NCBI GenBank assembly: GCA_051382335.1
Contig: JBBCAX010000379.1
Span: forward strand, 1-17,721
Direction of reading: 5' to 3'
Length of the DNA stretch: 17,721 bases
DNA from: Deltaproteobacteria bacterium TL4
Lineage (GTDB): Bacteria > SAR324 > NAC60-12
Under the pieces are notes generated by a model that made no database searches, had not been told where the DNA came from, and was given only the letters and a program-made list of their open reading frames with translations. The stretch's first letter is position 1. Each line of letters begins with the position of its first letter. Positions 7,906 through 17,180 of the stretch are shown here, piece by piece. The position numbers were made by a program, and so were the translations under genes.

Positions 7906-8679
7906 TTATTCAGGCGTTACATAGGCTGCGGTGATCCCACCATCGACATTAAAGGTACTGCCTGTGACATAAGAAGAATCGTCTGAGGCTAGAAACAAGG
8001 CCGCTTGTGCCATTTCTTTTGCCAATCCAAACCGACCCATCGGAATATGAACAAGACGACGCTGCTGTTTTTTCTCAGTATCCAGAAATTTCATTAAAAG
8101 ATCCGTTTTGATCGGACCAGGACAGAGGGCATTGACCCTGATATTCTCACGAGCATGAACGACCGCCAATTCCCGTGTCATCGCAAGCACGCCGCCTTTG
8201 CTCGCCGTATAAGCAATTTGGGGTGTTGCTGCTCCGACTTGAGCGACAAACGATGCCGTATTGATGATGGAGCCCCCGCCCGCCCGCAGTAATGCGGGAA
8301 TTCCAAACTTACAGCCTAAAAATACACCTTTGAGATTAATCTCCATGGTTAAATCCCAAACGGATTCTTCTGTGGTAACCGCATTGTCATCGTTACTGTG
8401 CATGATTCCAGCGTTGTTGAAAAGGATATTTAATTCTCCGTAGGTTTTTTCCGCGGTTTTGATCATTTGCTGACAATCCTTCGCACTGGATACATCCGCA
8501 TGACAATAAATTGCGGTTCCTCCTTGTTTTTGAATCGCTTCAACCGTCTTTTTTCCTTCACTGTCATTTACATCGGCCACTACAACTTTCGAACCTTCCT
8601 TCGCAAATAACAATGCGGACTCTCGTCCAATTCCACTCGCACCCCCTGTAATCACAGAGACTTTGCCTTCAAGTTTCAT
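7906..8679 (-). CDS. Classical short-chain dehydrogenase/reductase (SDR)
   Basis: TGGASGIG, NNAG, YTASK, IRVNALCPG, VDGG motifs. AAGGAAGG RBS. Confidence 0.93.
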   Translation of the reverse strand: MKLEGKVSVITGGASGIGRESALLFAKEGSKVVVADVNDSEGKKTVEAIQKQGGTAIYCHADVSSAKDCQQMIKTAEKTYGELNILFNNAGIMHSNDDNAVTTEESVWDLTMEINLKGVFLGCKFGIPALLRAGGGSIINTASFVAQVGAATPQIAYTASKGGVLAMTRELAVVHARENIRVNALCPGPIKTDLLMKFLDTEKKQQRRLVHIPMGRFGLAKEMAQAALFLASDDSSYVTGSTFNVDGGITAAYVTPE

Positions 8680-8715
8680 AGCCTTCCTTTCTTTATGTTT
8701 GCCTTAATGTAACCG

Positions 8716-8762
8716 CTCCGCCCCAGGGGCAGAACCACTTGAGAGGTTCTTCCCTGGCGGAG
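8716..8762. terminator. GC-rich imperfect hairpin between the FecR-domain gene and the SDR
   Basis: CTCCGCCCCAGGGGCAGAACC ... GGTTCTTCCCTGGCGGAG, just downstream of the FecR-gene stop. No clear U-tract, so it may be a REP-type hairpin rather than a terminator. Confidence 0.35.
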
Positions 8763-8771
8763 TAATCAGGA

Positions 8772-9512
8772 TCAAAGTTCGGAATCACGCTGGGTATTGA
8801 ACTGAACCCATTCTTCCTCCAAATCATCATGCGTCAGTTCTGAAAATGCCGGTTTGCCGCCAGAAACCAGAACTATTTTCTGCATGGCGTTTACAACAAC
8901 ACTCCATTGAACATAATTAATTTCCTGGGGTGGCGCAACTTCCTGAGGACCTGCCACCTCTTTGGGGGTAACGGGGCTTTCTGGAGCGTTAGAAGTCGCA
9001 TTAACGGTTCCTTTTAACACGGAAAGAATCGTCTCCTGGCTCTCTTTATCAACAGCGACATCAAAATGAGTGCCTTTCACGCCGAGAGTCGCGGTACGAG
9101 TTAACACCTGAAACGCTTCCTTGTTTGCCTCTAATTTTCTAAAAAGACTGGCCCACAAACGCCCAAAATGGACTTGAACTTGGGACTGAATCTGTTTTTC
9201 TTTTGTGGAAAGCCTTGGAATTTGAATACTGGAGTTTTGATCAAGTCGGATGAGGTGTTGGGGCTGAAGTGTGATTTCAACACGACCTCCACGCCCTGTC
9301 CGGACTTGATCTTTTTCGTTGATTTTCTGATGAGACTGTAACGGTTCCCACTGAGAGGAATCTTTTCGCATTATTTCCACAGGAGGCTGCAGCAACGTCA
9401 CTTCCGCGGCATATAAACGAGCTTGGAAAGGAGTCAGGAATAAACCGGTAACGAGGAACCCTCTCAGAAACACGTGAGGAAGATGAGAAAAATAACTTGG
9501 AAGATGGTCCAT
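8772..9512 (-). CDS. Exported FecR-domain protein
   Basis: DQVRTGRGGRVEI..IRLDQNSSI..GRLW..TRTATLGVKGTHFDV..LSVLKGTV FecR pattern with a hydrophobic N-terminus. ATG 9512 preferred over the upstream TTG 9569. Confidence 0.8.
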   Translation of the reverse strand: MDHLPSYFSHLPHVFLRGFLVTGLFLTPFQARLYAAEVTLLQPPVEIMRKDSSQWEPLQSHQKINEKDQVRTGRGGRVEITLQPQHLIRLDQNSSIQIPRLSTKEKQIQSQVQVHFGRLWASLFRKLEANKEAFQVLTRTATLGVKGTHFDVAVDKESQETILSVLKGTVNATSNAPESPVTPKEVAGPQEVAPPQEINYVQWSVVVNAMQKIVLVSGGKPAFSELTHDDLEEEWVQFNTQRDSEL

Positions 9513-9552
9513 AGAATACTTTTTCAAATTCAGTGCGTTGTGTAAAGGAGCT

Positions 9553-10380
9553 CTAGGAGCCTTGTTCAAAAATGAATTCAGAAATAGAGGCCTCCGGATA
9601 TGTATTTTGATTTCCAGAGGCTCGTCCTTTTAACAAGGCATTTTGTATTTTTTTACGTATCCTGAGTTTGAGTAAGGTGGGAATGATTCGTACTAAAAAC
9701 ATCATTTCGCTCAGGTTCTGATGTTGCTTCACCATTTGTACCGCCTTGAGCAACAATTCATTGATGGCACTCAACGCTTCACGAACTTCTTGGATGTTTT
9801 CATAAGAGACATAACTGACCAGCTTGACCAATACCTGATCCCCAACGTCATAGATCGCAACCAGTTCATCAGGAGGAACCTTGGTCGAAACGGCATACTG
9901 ATTTGCGGAGTACACCAATAAGTCATAAGTTTCAATAAATTGTTGTATCGGATCCAGAAGACCCGGCGCTAACGCTTGATTCTTAAATTGTTTTAACATT
10001 TGCCTGAATTCAGGATATATCAAATGGACAGACTCCTGACTGGTTGGATAACTGAAGGAAGAGGGTTCTTCTTTCAATAAAGCCTGTATGTTTCTCACTA
10101 AAGACAGCTTTTGCCAGAGAAATTTGGCTTCGTATTTACTCCTTTTACCTTCAATGTAACCCATTGCAAATACGGTAACATCCTTAATTTGTATCAAAAT
10201 TTGAGAGGCGACTTCTTTATTTTGCTCATTAGCACAGAGGGTGAGTCTTCTGACTACCAACCCGATGGAATTAACCAGGTGCATTGCTTCCAAATCTTCC
10301 GTCTTCAAGATGGAGTTGATGATCTTTTCTACCATCATTACAATTTGGTCGTGTTTATTGCGATTATCGGCGTCTATCAT
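9553..10380 (-). CDS. Hypothetical alpha-helical protein
   Basis: 275-aa ORF, ATG with an upstream GAAGGGA, same strand as its neighbours. No recognised motif. Confidence 0.7.
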   Translation of the reverse strand: MIDADNRNKHDQIVMMVEKIINSILKTEDLEAMHLVNSIGLVVRRLTLCANEQNKEVASQILIQIKDVTVFAMGYIEGKRSKYEAKFLWQKLSLVRNIQALLKEEPSSFSYPTSQESVHLIYPEFRQMLKQFKNQALAPGLLDPIQQFIETYDLLVYSANQYAVSTKVPPDELVAIYDVGDQVLVKLVSYVSYENIQEVREALSAINELLLKAVQMVKQHQNLSEMMFLVRIIPTLLKLRIRKKIQNALLKGRASGNQNTYPEASISEFIFEQGS

Positions 10381-10601
10381 AGAAGGATCCCTTCTTCAGC
10401 AGGTTTGAGGCGGTTTCTCATTTGAGGGTCTTGTCTACATAGTATTTTTTTATTACATGAAATCAAGCTTATTGTGTAGTCTACTGCGATGCAAAAGCTG
10501 TACATTTGTTGAACTAAACTCTTCACTTCACTTTTTTCAGGCAGGCTTCCCTTCTTTCACACACCTTTCTCAGGGCTCACCAAAGTTTTTCAATCAACCG
10601 A

Positions 10602-11624
10602 TCACTTTGATGCTTGCTGATACAGTTGAATCGCTTTCTGTTCATTTTTTTCAACACCGTATCCATACATATACATAAAGCCGAGCCTGTATTTTCCCCA
10701 GGAATTCCCCTGATCCGCGGCCAGTCGGTACAATCTGACGGCCTCACTTTCGTCTTTAGGCACACCAAACCCCATCTGATACATATACCCCAAATGAACT
10801 TGTGCCAACGGGTTGTCTTTTTTGGCGGACTTTTTGAAATAATCCAAGGCGACTTTAAAATCTTTTTTAACGACATAGCCTTGAAGGTACATGTAGCCCA
10901 CATTATCTTCACCTTCAGCATTGCCTTGTTCTGCTGCTTTTTTATACCACTTAAACGCTTCAGGATAACTCTGTTTGATGCCGTCTCCCAGTTGATACAT
11001 CAAGCCTAACCAATTTTGCCCCAAAGGATTTCCCTGTTCTGCCGCCAACTGAAACCATCTCACCGCCTCCTGTTCATCTTGAACGACGCCTTTTCCCGTA
11101 TAATACATTTTTCCCAGGTTGACTTGAGCTGGAGCAAAACCTTGTTCTGCCGACTTTTTATACCATCTGAAGGCTTCTTTTTCATTTTTATGAACCCCAA
11201 GGCCCTTGGCATAAGCCTCGCCCTTGGCATTATCCTCAGAAGCTCCCTTGTAAAGTTCTGAATTTTTTGTTTTAAACTCAGGCGCCGAAAAAGCTTCCTG
11301 AAAAGCCTGAGTCAGGCCTTCACTATCCGTTTTTTTGGAGGCTCCGGTGAGGTTTAAATTTTCCCCGGTGATGGAGATTAAATAGCCTCTTGTTGAGTTG
11401 GAAACACTAAGCTTGTAAACACAATCCTGGGCGGTAACTCCAGAAATGGGAGGCAGTGTTACCGGTTGGACATATTTTGAAATAAAACGAATTGCCGTAG
11501 ATTCCACGATCTGCAGAGGCGCATTTTCGTTTTTCTGTACCTCAATGTAGCAATTTTTTCCATACACACTGGTATATAAAAGTCCCCCTAAGCCGAACAG
11601 AAGGAGTTTTTTTTGAGTAATCAT
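10602..11624 (-). CDS. Secreted Sel1-like repeat protein with an uncharacterised N-terminal domain
   Basis: Signal-peptide-like start. Six SLR repeats (e.g. AQVNLGKMYYTGKGVVQDEQEAVRWFQLAAEQG). Confidence 0.9.
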   Translation of the reverse strand: MITQKKLLLFGLGGLLYTSVYGKNCYIEVQKNENAPLQIVESTAIRFISKYVQPVTLPPISGVTAQDCVYKLSVSNSTRGYLISITGENLNLTGASKKTDSEGLTQAFQEAFSAPEFKTKNSELYKGASEDNAKGEAYAKGLGVHKNEKEAFRWYKKSAEQGFAPAQVNLGKMYYTGKGVVQDEQEAVRWFQLAAEQGNPLGQNWLGLMYQLGDGIKQSYPEAFKWYKKAAEQGNAEGEDNVGYMYLQGYVVKKDFKVALDYFKKSAKKDNPLAQVHLGYMYQMGFGVPKDESEAVRLYRLAADQGNSWGKYRLGFMYMYGYGVEKNEQKAIQLYQQASK

Positions 11625-11782
11625 AGAAGTTTGTAGTTTCAGGAAAAAGAAAAAGTAAATTCAGCAAAGGATTTGCATTTCCTACACCAATGTAAGTGAT
11701 TCGCAATCCGGGGCTTGAGCACAAGAGGGGCCACAGGACTCATTCCGAGAGGCTGCCTCAATAGCTCTGAATGAAATGGAAG

Positions 11783-11976
11783 TATAGATGTTCATTTAAA
11801 TAAATTCAGAAAACTCATCCTGTTGCGAGATCCGTTTAAACAACGCTGTTTCAGGAGTGCCAAAGCTTGCTTTGGCCAGGAAGGCGAAGGCCTTTCCTGG
11901 AATTTGGCCAAAGCAAGCTTTGGCATTCCACCGTCTGGGTTAGACTCAAATGAATTTATTTAAATGAACGTCTATA
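11783..11976. mobile_element. 194-bp MITE with 26-bp terminal inverted repeats carrying a REP-like doublet
   Basis: TATAGATGTTCATTTAAATAAATTCA (11783-11808) and TGAATTTATTTAAATGAACGTCTATA (11951-11976), 25/26 match. Internal GGAGTGCCAAAGCTTGCTTTGGCC...GGCCAAAGCAAGCTTTGGCATTCC. Confidence 0.85.
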
Positions 11977-12143
11977 GTTTGTCAATTTCATTAAAATTGT
12001 GTTGTTGATGGTTGGGTAAACGAGTATTCTCCTCAAATGGAAACATCCGAAATAAAAAGAAAGAATGCCAACCCCATAACATTCTTTGTGCCTTTGTCTC
12101 TTTGTGACAGAGTAGTAAGATAATATTGATAAAAGGAGTCCTC

Positions 12144-12707
12144 ATGACATCGAGTTCATTAACAGCATCAGAAAAGCAGCATTTACGGTTGCTTGCGAAA
12201 AAATCAATAGACGAGGGGGTGTTGTCCCAACGTCCGGCTAAAGCGACTTCTGATGACTATTTTGGCACCTTGGGGAAACCGGGCGCGTCGTTTGTGACTC
12301 TGCGCAAAAATCATGAATTGAGAGGCTGTATTGGTTCGTTACAAGCGCATCGTCGATTAGCCGACGATGTGCTTGACAACGCCTACCATGCCGCGTTTAA
12401 AGATTATCGATTTCCGCCATTGAAAGCCAAGGAATTGAATTCCTTAGAAATTAAAATTTCTGTGCTTTCCCCGGAAGAAGCTATTATATTTACCTCAGAG
12501 AGCGATTTGTTAGCACAAATAAGACCAGGGCTTGATGGGCTTGTGCTTACGGATGGAATGAACCGGGGCACCTTTCTGCCCAGTGTTTGGGAACAACTGC
12601 CGGATGTTGAAAGCTTTTGGAGTCACCTGAAACGCAAAGCGGGATTGTCCCCGGATCACTGGTCCCCTTCACTCAGTGTCACCCGTTATACAACCGAGGA
12701 GTTCTAA
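12144..12707 (+). CDS. amrA: AmmeMemoRadiSam system protein A (AMMECR1 domain)
   Basis: ASFVTL...LRGCIGSL, AAFKDYRF, EIKISVLS, GTFLPSVWEQLP, LKRKAG. AAGGAG RBS before ATG 12144. Confidence 0.92.
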   Translation: MTSSSLTASEKQHLRLLAKKSIDEGVLSQRPAKATSDDYFGTLGKPGASFVTLRKNHELRGCIGSLQAHRRLADDVLDNAYHAAFKDYRFPPLKAKELNSLEIKISVLSPEEAIIFTSESDLLAQIRPGLDGLVLTDGMNRGTFLPSVWEQLPDVESFWSHLKRKAGLSPDHWSPSLSVTRYTTEEF

Positions 12708-12709
12708 GC

Positions 12710-13786
12710 ATGGATGTTCCAGGACGCTATTGGCATAAAATTCAAGAGGGGAGAATTCAATGTGATCTTTGTCCGAGAGCCTGTTGTTTGAAGGAGGATC
12801 AACGGGGGTTGTGCTTTGTACGTCAACGAAAAGAAAATCAGATCGTTTTAACCACCTATGGTCGATCCAGCGGATTCTGTATAGACCCTATTGAGAAAAA
12901 ACCGCTCAACCATTTTCTGCCTGGAACCCCCATCCTTTCCTTTGGAACCGCAGGTTGTAACCTCACCTGTAAATTTTGTCAAAATCATGACATCAGTAAA
13001 TCAACTGAAATGGAACGCCTGGCGGATGTCGCGCCTCCTGAAAAAATTGCCAAAGTCGCCAAAGCCAAAGGCTGTAAAAGCGTCGCTTATACCTATAATG
13101 ACCCTGTTATTTTCCTGGAATATGCCGTTGATATCGCACAAGCGTGCAAAGACTACGGTGTGGCGTCTGTCGCGGTGACCGCCGGGTATATTTCGCCCGA
13201 AGCGGGTGCTGAGTTTTTCAACCACATGGACGCAGCTAATGTAGACTTAAAAGGCTTTACCGAATCTTTTTATAAGAAGCTTTGTGGCGGTTCCCTCAAA
13301 CCTGTTTTGGAAACTTTGGTGTTTCTGAAACAGGAAACAGACGTTTGGGTTGAAATCACCACCCTCCTCATTCCTGGCGAAAATGACTCAGAGCAAGAAC
13401 TTCAAGCAATGACCCAGTGGCTTGTTGAAAACTTGGGACCTGAAGTTCCACTCCATTTTTCCGCGTTTCATCCTGATTGGAAAATGACCGATAGAACAAG
13501 AACCCCCCTGACCACACTGCGCAAAGCAAGAGCAATCGCCATTTCCAACGGGTTGCATTATGTTTACCTTGGGAATGTTCATGACAAAGCGGGGTCCAGT
13601 ACCTACTGTCATCAATGTGGGGGACTGTTGATCGGAAGAGACTGGTATATTTTGAGCGAGTGGAATCTTGGGGATCAGGGTCAATGCAACCACTGCGGAG
13701 CACCTTGCAGCGGGGTTTTTGACGGCCCGGCAGGACAGTGGGGGGCCCAACGACAACCGATTTATATGAGTGGGATCTCTATTTAA
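12710..13786 (+). CDS. amrS: AmmeMemoRadiSam system radical SAM enzyme
   Basis: QCDLCPRAC, DPIEKKPLNHF, GCNLTCKFCQN (CxxxCxxC), AYTYNDP, PLHFSAFHP. GAGGAG RBS before ATG 12710. Confidence 0.93.
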   Translation: MDVPGRYWHKIQEGRIQCDLCPRACCLKEDQRGLCFVRQRKENQIVLTTYGRSSGFCIDPIEKKPLNHFLPGTPILSFGTAGCNLTCKFCQNHDISKSTEMERLADVAPPEKIAKVAKAKGCKSVAYTYNDPVIFLEYAVDIAQACKDYGVASVAVTAGYISPEAGAEFFNHMDAANVDLKGFTESFYKKLCGGSLKPVLETLVFLKQETDVWVEITTLLIPGENDSEQELQAMTQWLVENLGPEVPLHFSAFHPDWKMTDRTRTPLTTLRKARAIAISNGLHYVYLGNVHDKAGSSTYCHQCGGLLIGRDWYILSEWNLGDQGQCNHCGAPCSGVFDGPAGQWGAQRQPIYMSGISI

Positions 13787-13870
13787 ACCTCCTGATTAGG
13801 GGGCACTTTGGGAATTTGATGATCGGAGATGTCAAGATCCCTGAATGAAAGGCAGGTCACTTCTTACTGT

Positions 13871-13982
13871 GGAATACCAACGCTTGCTTTGGCCAAAGTC
13901 CCATCAGGAATGCCAACGCTTGCTTTGGCCAAAGACAAAAAAACGCTTTCGCGTTTTTGGCCAAAGCAAGCGTTGGCACTCC
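13871..13982. repeat. Cluster of three REP-like units of the GCCAAAGCAAGC family
   Basis: GGAAT(A/G)CCAACGCTTGCTTTGGCC at 13871 and 13907; inverted GGCCAAAGCAAGCGTTGGCACTCC at 13959-13982; inner hairpin AAAAACGC-TTTC-GCGTTTTT. Confidence 0.8.
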
Positions 13983-14141
13983 AACTAACATTCTGCATAA
14001 AAACACACAACATTCCGTTCCTTCAGGGATATTGGGCTCTATACCAAAACGGAATAAGTGATTACCACCGGTTGTGACTTAAGAACTGAGAGTTGACCAC
14101 TGAAAACTAATAACTTTTGAATACCAAAGAAAGGGTGACTT

Positions 14142-15119
14142 ATGTCAAAATTTAAAAATACATTTACGGAACAAGTCGGGATCGAGGTTCCTGTGATCTG
14201 TGGAGCCATGTATCCTTGCAGTAACCCGGAATTAATCGCAGCCGTTTCCAAGGCTGGCGGCATTGGGATCATTCAACCGATTGCGATGGTTTTTGTGCAT
14301 CGACACGATTTTCGAGAGGGAATTCGTTTGATTCGAAGCCTCACCGACAAGCCGATCGGGATGAATCTCATTGTTGAAAAATCGGTCAAAGCCTATATTG
14401 ATCGGATGCAAAACTGGATGGATATTGCCCTTGAAGAGGGAGTCCGTTTTTTTATCAGTGCCTTGGGTAATCCAAAGTGGGTTGTGGATAAAGCGCATGC
14501 CAGTGGGGGTATTGTTTATCATAATGTTACCGAAAAGAAATGGGCCAAAAAAGCCTTGGACCAGGGGGTTGATGGACTGGTCTGTGTCAATAACCGTGCG
14601 GGAGGTCATGCGGGGAACCGATCGCCACAGCAACTTTTTGAGGAACTCTCGGATTTCAATGTTCCCTTAATCTGCGCAGGCGGAGTTGGTGCCGATCAGG
14701 ATTTCGCAAATGCCCTTAAAATGGGCTACATGGGAGTCCAAATGGGAACCCGCTTTATTGCCTCTGAAGAGTGCCACACTCATCAGGATTACAAACAAGC
14801 CATCCTGGATGCGGAAGAAAAAGATATTGTGTTGACAGACAAAATCTCAGGCGTTCCCTGTTCCATCATACGAACGCCTTCCGTAGATAAAATGGGATTA
14901 AAAGCGGGATTCATTGCCCGGCAATTATTACAAGGACGTAAAACCAAACACTGGATGAGAACCTTGTATAGCGTCCAATCCTTATGGAAGTTTAAACGTT
15001 CATCTCAAGAAGGCATGTCCTACAAGGATTTCTTTCAGGCAGGTAAGAGTGTGAGCGGCATTCACTCCATTCAATCTGCGGAAGCGATTGTTCATAACCT
15101 GGCACAAACAGTATTGTAA
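14142..15119 (+). CDS. Nitronate monooxygenase / FabK-like flavin oxidoreductase
   Basis: PVICGAM, AAVSKAGGIG, RAGGHAG, ICAGGVG, GVQMGTRFIASEE motifs. Confidence 0.88.
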   Translation: MSKFKNTFTEQVGIEVPVICGAMYPCSNPELIAAVSKAGGIGIIQPIAMVFVHRHDFREGIRLIRSLTDKPIGMNLIVEKSVKAYIDRMQNWMDIALEEGVRFFISALGNPKWVVDKAHASGGIVYHNVTEKKWAKKALDQGVDGLVCVNNRAGGHAGNRSPQQLFEELSDFNVPLICAGGVGADQDFANALKMGYMGVQMGTRFIASEECHTHQDYKQAILDAEEKDIVLTDKISGVPCSIIRTPSVDKMGLKAGFIARQLLQGRKTKHWMRTLYSVQSLWKFKRSSQEGMSYKDFFQAGKSVSGIHSIQSAEAIVHNLAQTVL

Positions 15120-15383
15120 TCCGATTGTTATCAGCCAAATCAAAAAAGGAGGTCTTGAGGTTATCGCGAACAATACTCAAAGGTCGACCTCGAGTTTTGC
15201 TGACGATCAAAAAAAGACGTCCTTTAGACAATTCGATCAAAAGGACAAAACATAAGGAGTTTTTGATCTTCCTTTAGGATTGAGTCAGAAGCTCAACCTA
15301 CCCCCAGCGTCCGTTTCGTCTATGGGATTGAGATGAAATATCATGCAAAATCAGTTAACAACTTTTTTACGATTGGAGACCTT

Positions 15384-15986
15384 ATGGCTCAAGGGATTAG
15401 TCAAGACAGGTTTAACCTGAAAAATTTCATCATCTGCATGTTGTTTCTGAACGTAATCGTCTGTGAAGGAGTTTACGCGGAAACCAACAAATTGGAAACC
15501 TCGATTGTCTTTGAGGTAAAGACCAACGTGATTGCCGTAAGTTACCAAGGAGTAGTCGAACCTGGAAAAATGAAATTAGAAGCCAATTTACAGGAATCTG
15601 ACGCACAACTCACGATCTCAAACGTCCTCCTCACCATTCCAGTGGACGCTCTTTCCAGTGGTATTTCGTTAAGGGACAGACACATGAGGGAAAAAGTGTT
15701 TACCACGCCTGAGGGCAGCACGCCACCGATCGTATTCCAATCAGCTCAAAATACCTGTGCCCTTTTGTCTGGAAGTTCGGATTGCCAGCTAGTTGGCGAA
15801 TTACAGATGTCGGGTCAACAGCAGTCGCTTTCGGTTCCTTTGCATCTGGTGAAACAGGAGGGGCACTGGAAAGCTTCAGGCGAAATAGCAGTCTCACTGG
15901 AAGCCTTCAAAATTAAAGTTCCTGCTTATTTAGGCGTGAAGGTTGAGAACCTGGTGATAATCAAATTTGAAGTTAGGCAATCATAA
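15384..15986 (+). CDS. YceI-family (polyisoprenoid-binding) exported protein
   Basis: IPVDALSSGISLRDRHMRE, GELQMSG, FKIKVP YceI pattern; signal peptide; GGAGA RBS before ATG 15384 (alternative start 15333). Confidence 0.82.
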   Translation: MAQGISQDRFNLKNFIICMLFLNVIVCEGVYAETNKLETSIVFEVKTNVIAVSYQGVVEPGKMKLEANLQESDAQLTISNVLLTIPVDALSSGISLRDRHMREKVFTTPEGSTPPIVFQSAQNTCALLSGSSDCQLVGELQMSGQQQSLSVPLHLVKQEGHWKASGEIAVSLEAFKIKVPAYLGVKVENLVIIKFEVRQS

Positions 15987-16006
15987 CAAAAAGTGAGGAA
16001 TAAGCG

Positions 16007-17155
16007 ATGAAACAAATTAAATGGAACTCTATGCGATACCACACAACCAGATGGCTGGTCTTTCTTTGGGTATGCTGCTTCAGCAGTATGGCCTACGCGG
16101 AACCGGAAATGCTCCGGTTGGATTATTTTAGCTGTTCAGGATGCCATTACAGCCCTCGAGGTGGAGGGTTGCTGACTTCTTACGGGAAAGGAATTGCCCA
16201 AGCCTTGAGCCTGAAAGAAGGGGAATATGAAGAGTCAGAACTGAAGCAAAAAATGAACTTTAATGGTCTGATGGACCAGGCAATTCAATTGAGATTGGCA
16301 GGGGTCTTACGTATGGGAGCGAGTCGTGCTTTTCCCATGCAGGCCGATTATCTGAACCATCTTCAGTTGAGTCGACAATTTTCAATCAACTCTGTCATTG
16401 GAAAAGTTCCCAGTCGCCCTGTGTCTCAGGAGAATTCGAAGGACACCCCTGAAGCACTTCAAGAAATCATCCTGAGAAAAATGCTTCTGAGCTATCGGCC
16501 ACTGGACGATGGCATGGAAATTGTGTTGGGCCGGGATGTCCTTCCCATCGGCATTGGACTCGACGATCATACCGCCTACATTAAGGAAAATAATCGTCTG
16601 GATATTGATGATGTCGTGACTCAGGTTGGAATCTATTTATGGGGACGTCAATTCATGACCAATGTCATTGGCTTTGGACCGAATCCCCAGGATGCTGAAA
16701 ACAACGGCGAATCCGGCTTGAGTGCCAGTTTGGAATATAAACCATGGCTTCACAAGAATTATACGATTGGCGGACATGTGTTAAAAGGCAGCACGGAGGC
16801 TATTGACCGAACTCTGACAGGTGTGATTTCCCGTTTGTCCTTTGCCGAATCCATAACGATTTTGTTGGAGGTGGATCATACGTCAAGAGAATTGAAGACT
16901 GAAGGTTTCAGTTTTGAACAATGGACCCAGTTTGTCAAAGCCGGTTTTTTTCCCCGCGATTTTTGGGAAACCTCTGTGGCCTGGGAGAAACTCGACAGAG
17001 AAACTCCTTTTGACATGGCGCTGACCAAAGTGGTGTGGACAAATTCGGTACGCATGACGGAAAATCTGAACTTGATTCTGCTCTTGCAGAACCAGGTATC
17101 GACTTCTGGTTCCGGCTATCTGACCATGTTCCAACTGTTTTATAACTGGTTTTAA
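16007..17155 (+). CDS. Putative outer-membrane beta-barrel with an N-terminal c-type heme motif (cytochrome-porin fusion)
   Basis: Signal peptide ending AYA; CSGCH followed by SPRGGGLLTSYGK; amphipathic strand-like segments; C-terminal FQLFYNWF ending in an aromatic residue. Confidence 0.7.
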   Translation: MKQIKWNSMRYHTTRWLVFLWVCCFSSMAYAEPEMLRLDYFSCSGCHYSPRGGGLLTSYGKGIAQALSLKEGEYEESELKQKMNFNGLMDQAIQLRLAGVLRMGASRAFPMQADYLNHLQLSRQFSINSVIGKVPSRPVSQENSKDTPEALQEIILRKMLLSYRPLDDGMEIVLGRDVLPIGIGLDDHTAYIKENNRLDIDDVVTQVGIYLWGRQFMTNVIGFGPNPQDAENNGESGLSASLEYKPWLHKNYTIGGHVLKGSTEAIDRTLTGVISRLSFAESITILLEVDHTSRELKTEGFSFEQWTQFVKAGFFPRDFWETSVAWEKLDRETPFDMALTKVVWTNSVRMTENLNLILLLQNQVSTSGSGYLTMFQLFYNWF

Positions 17156-17180
17156 AAAAACGACCCAAGGTGAGTGAACT

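Noticed and set aside
11640..11780. Possible riboswitch or ncRNA upstream of the Sel1 gene
   Set aside because: Only a weak hairpin, with no recognisable aptamer consensus.
12081..12107. CTTTGTG-type octamer tract upstream of amrA
   Set aside because: Resembles half of the 4154-4242 hairpin family, but it is short and has no partner arm.
12617..12709. N-terminal extension of amrS
   Set aside because: It overlaps amrA; ATG 12710 has a good RBS and matches the family start.
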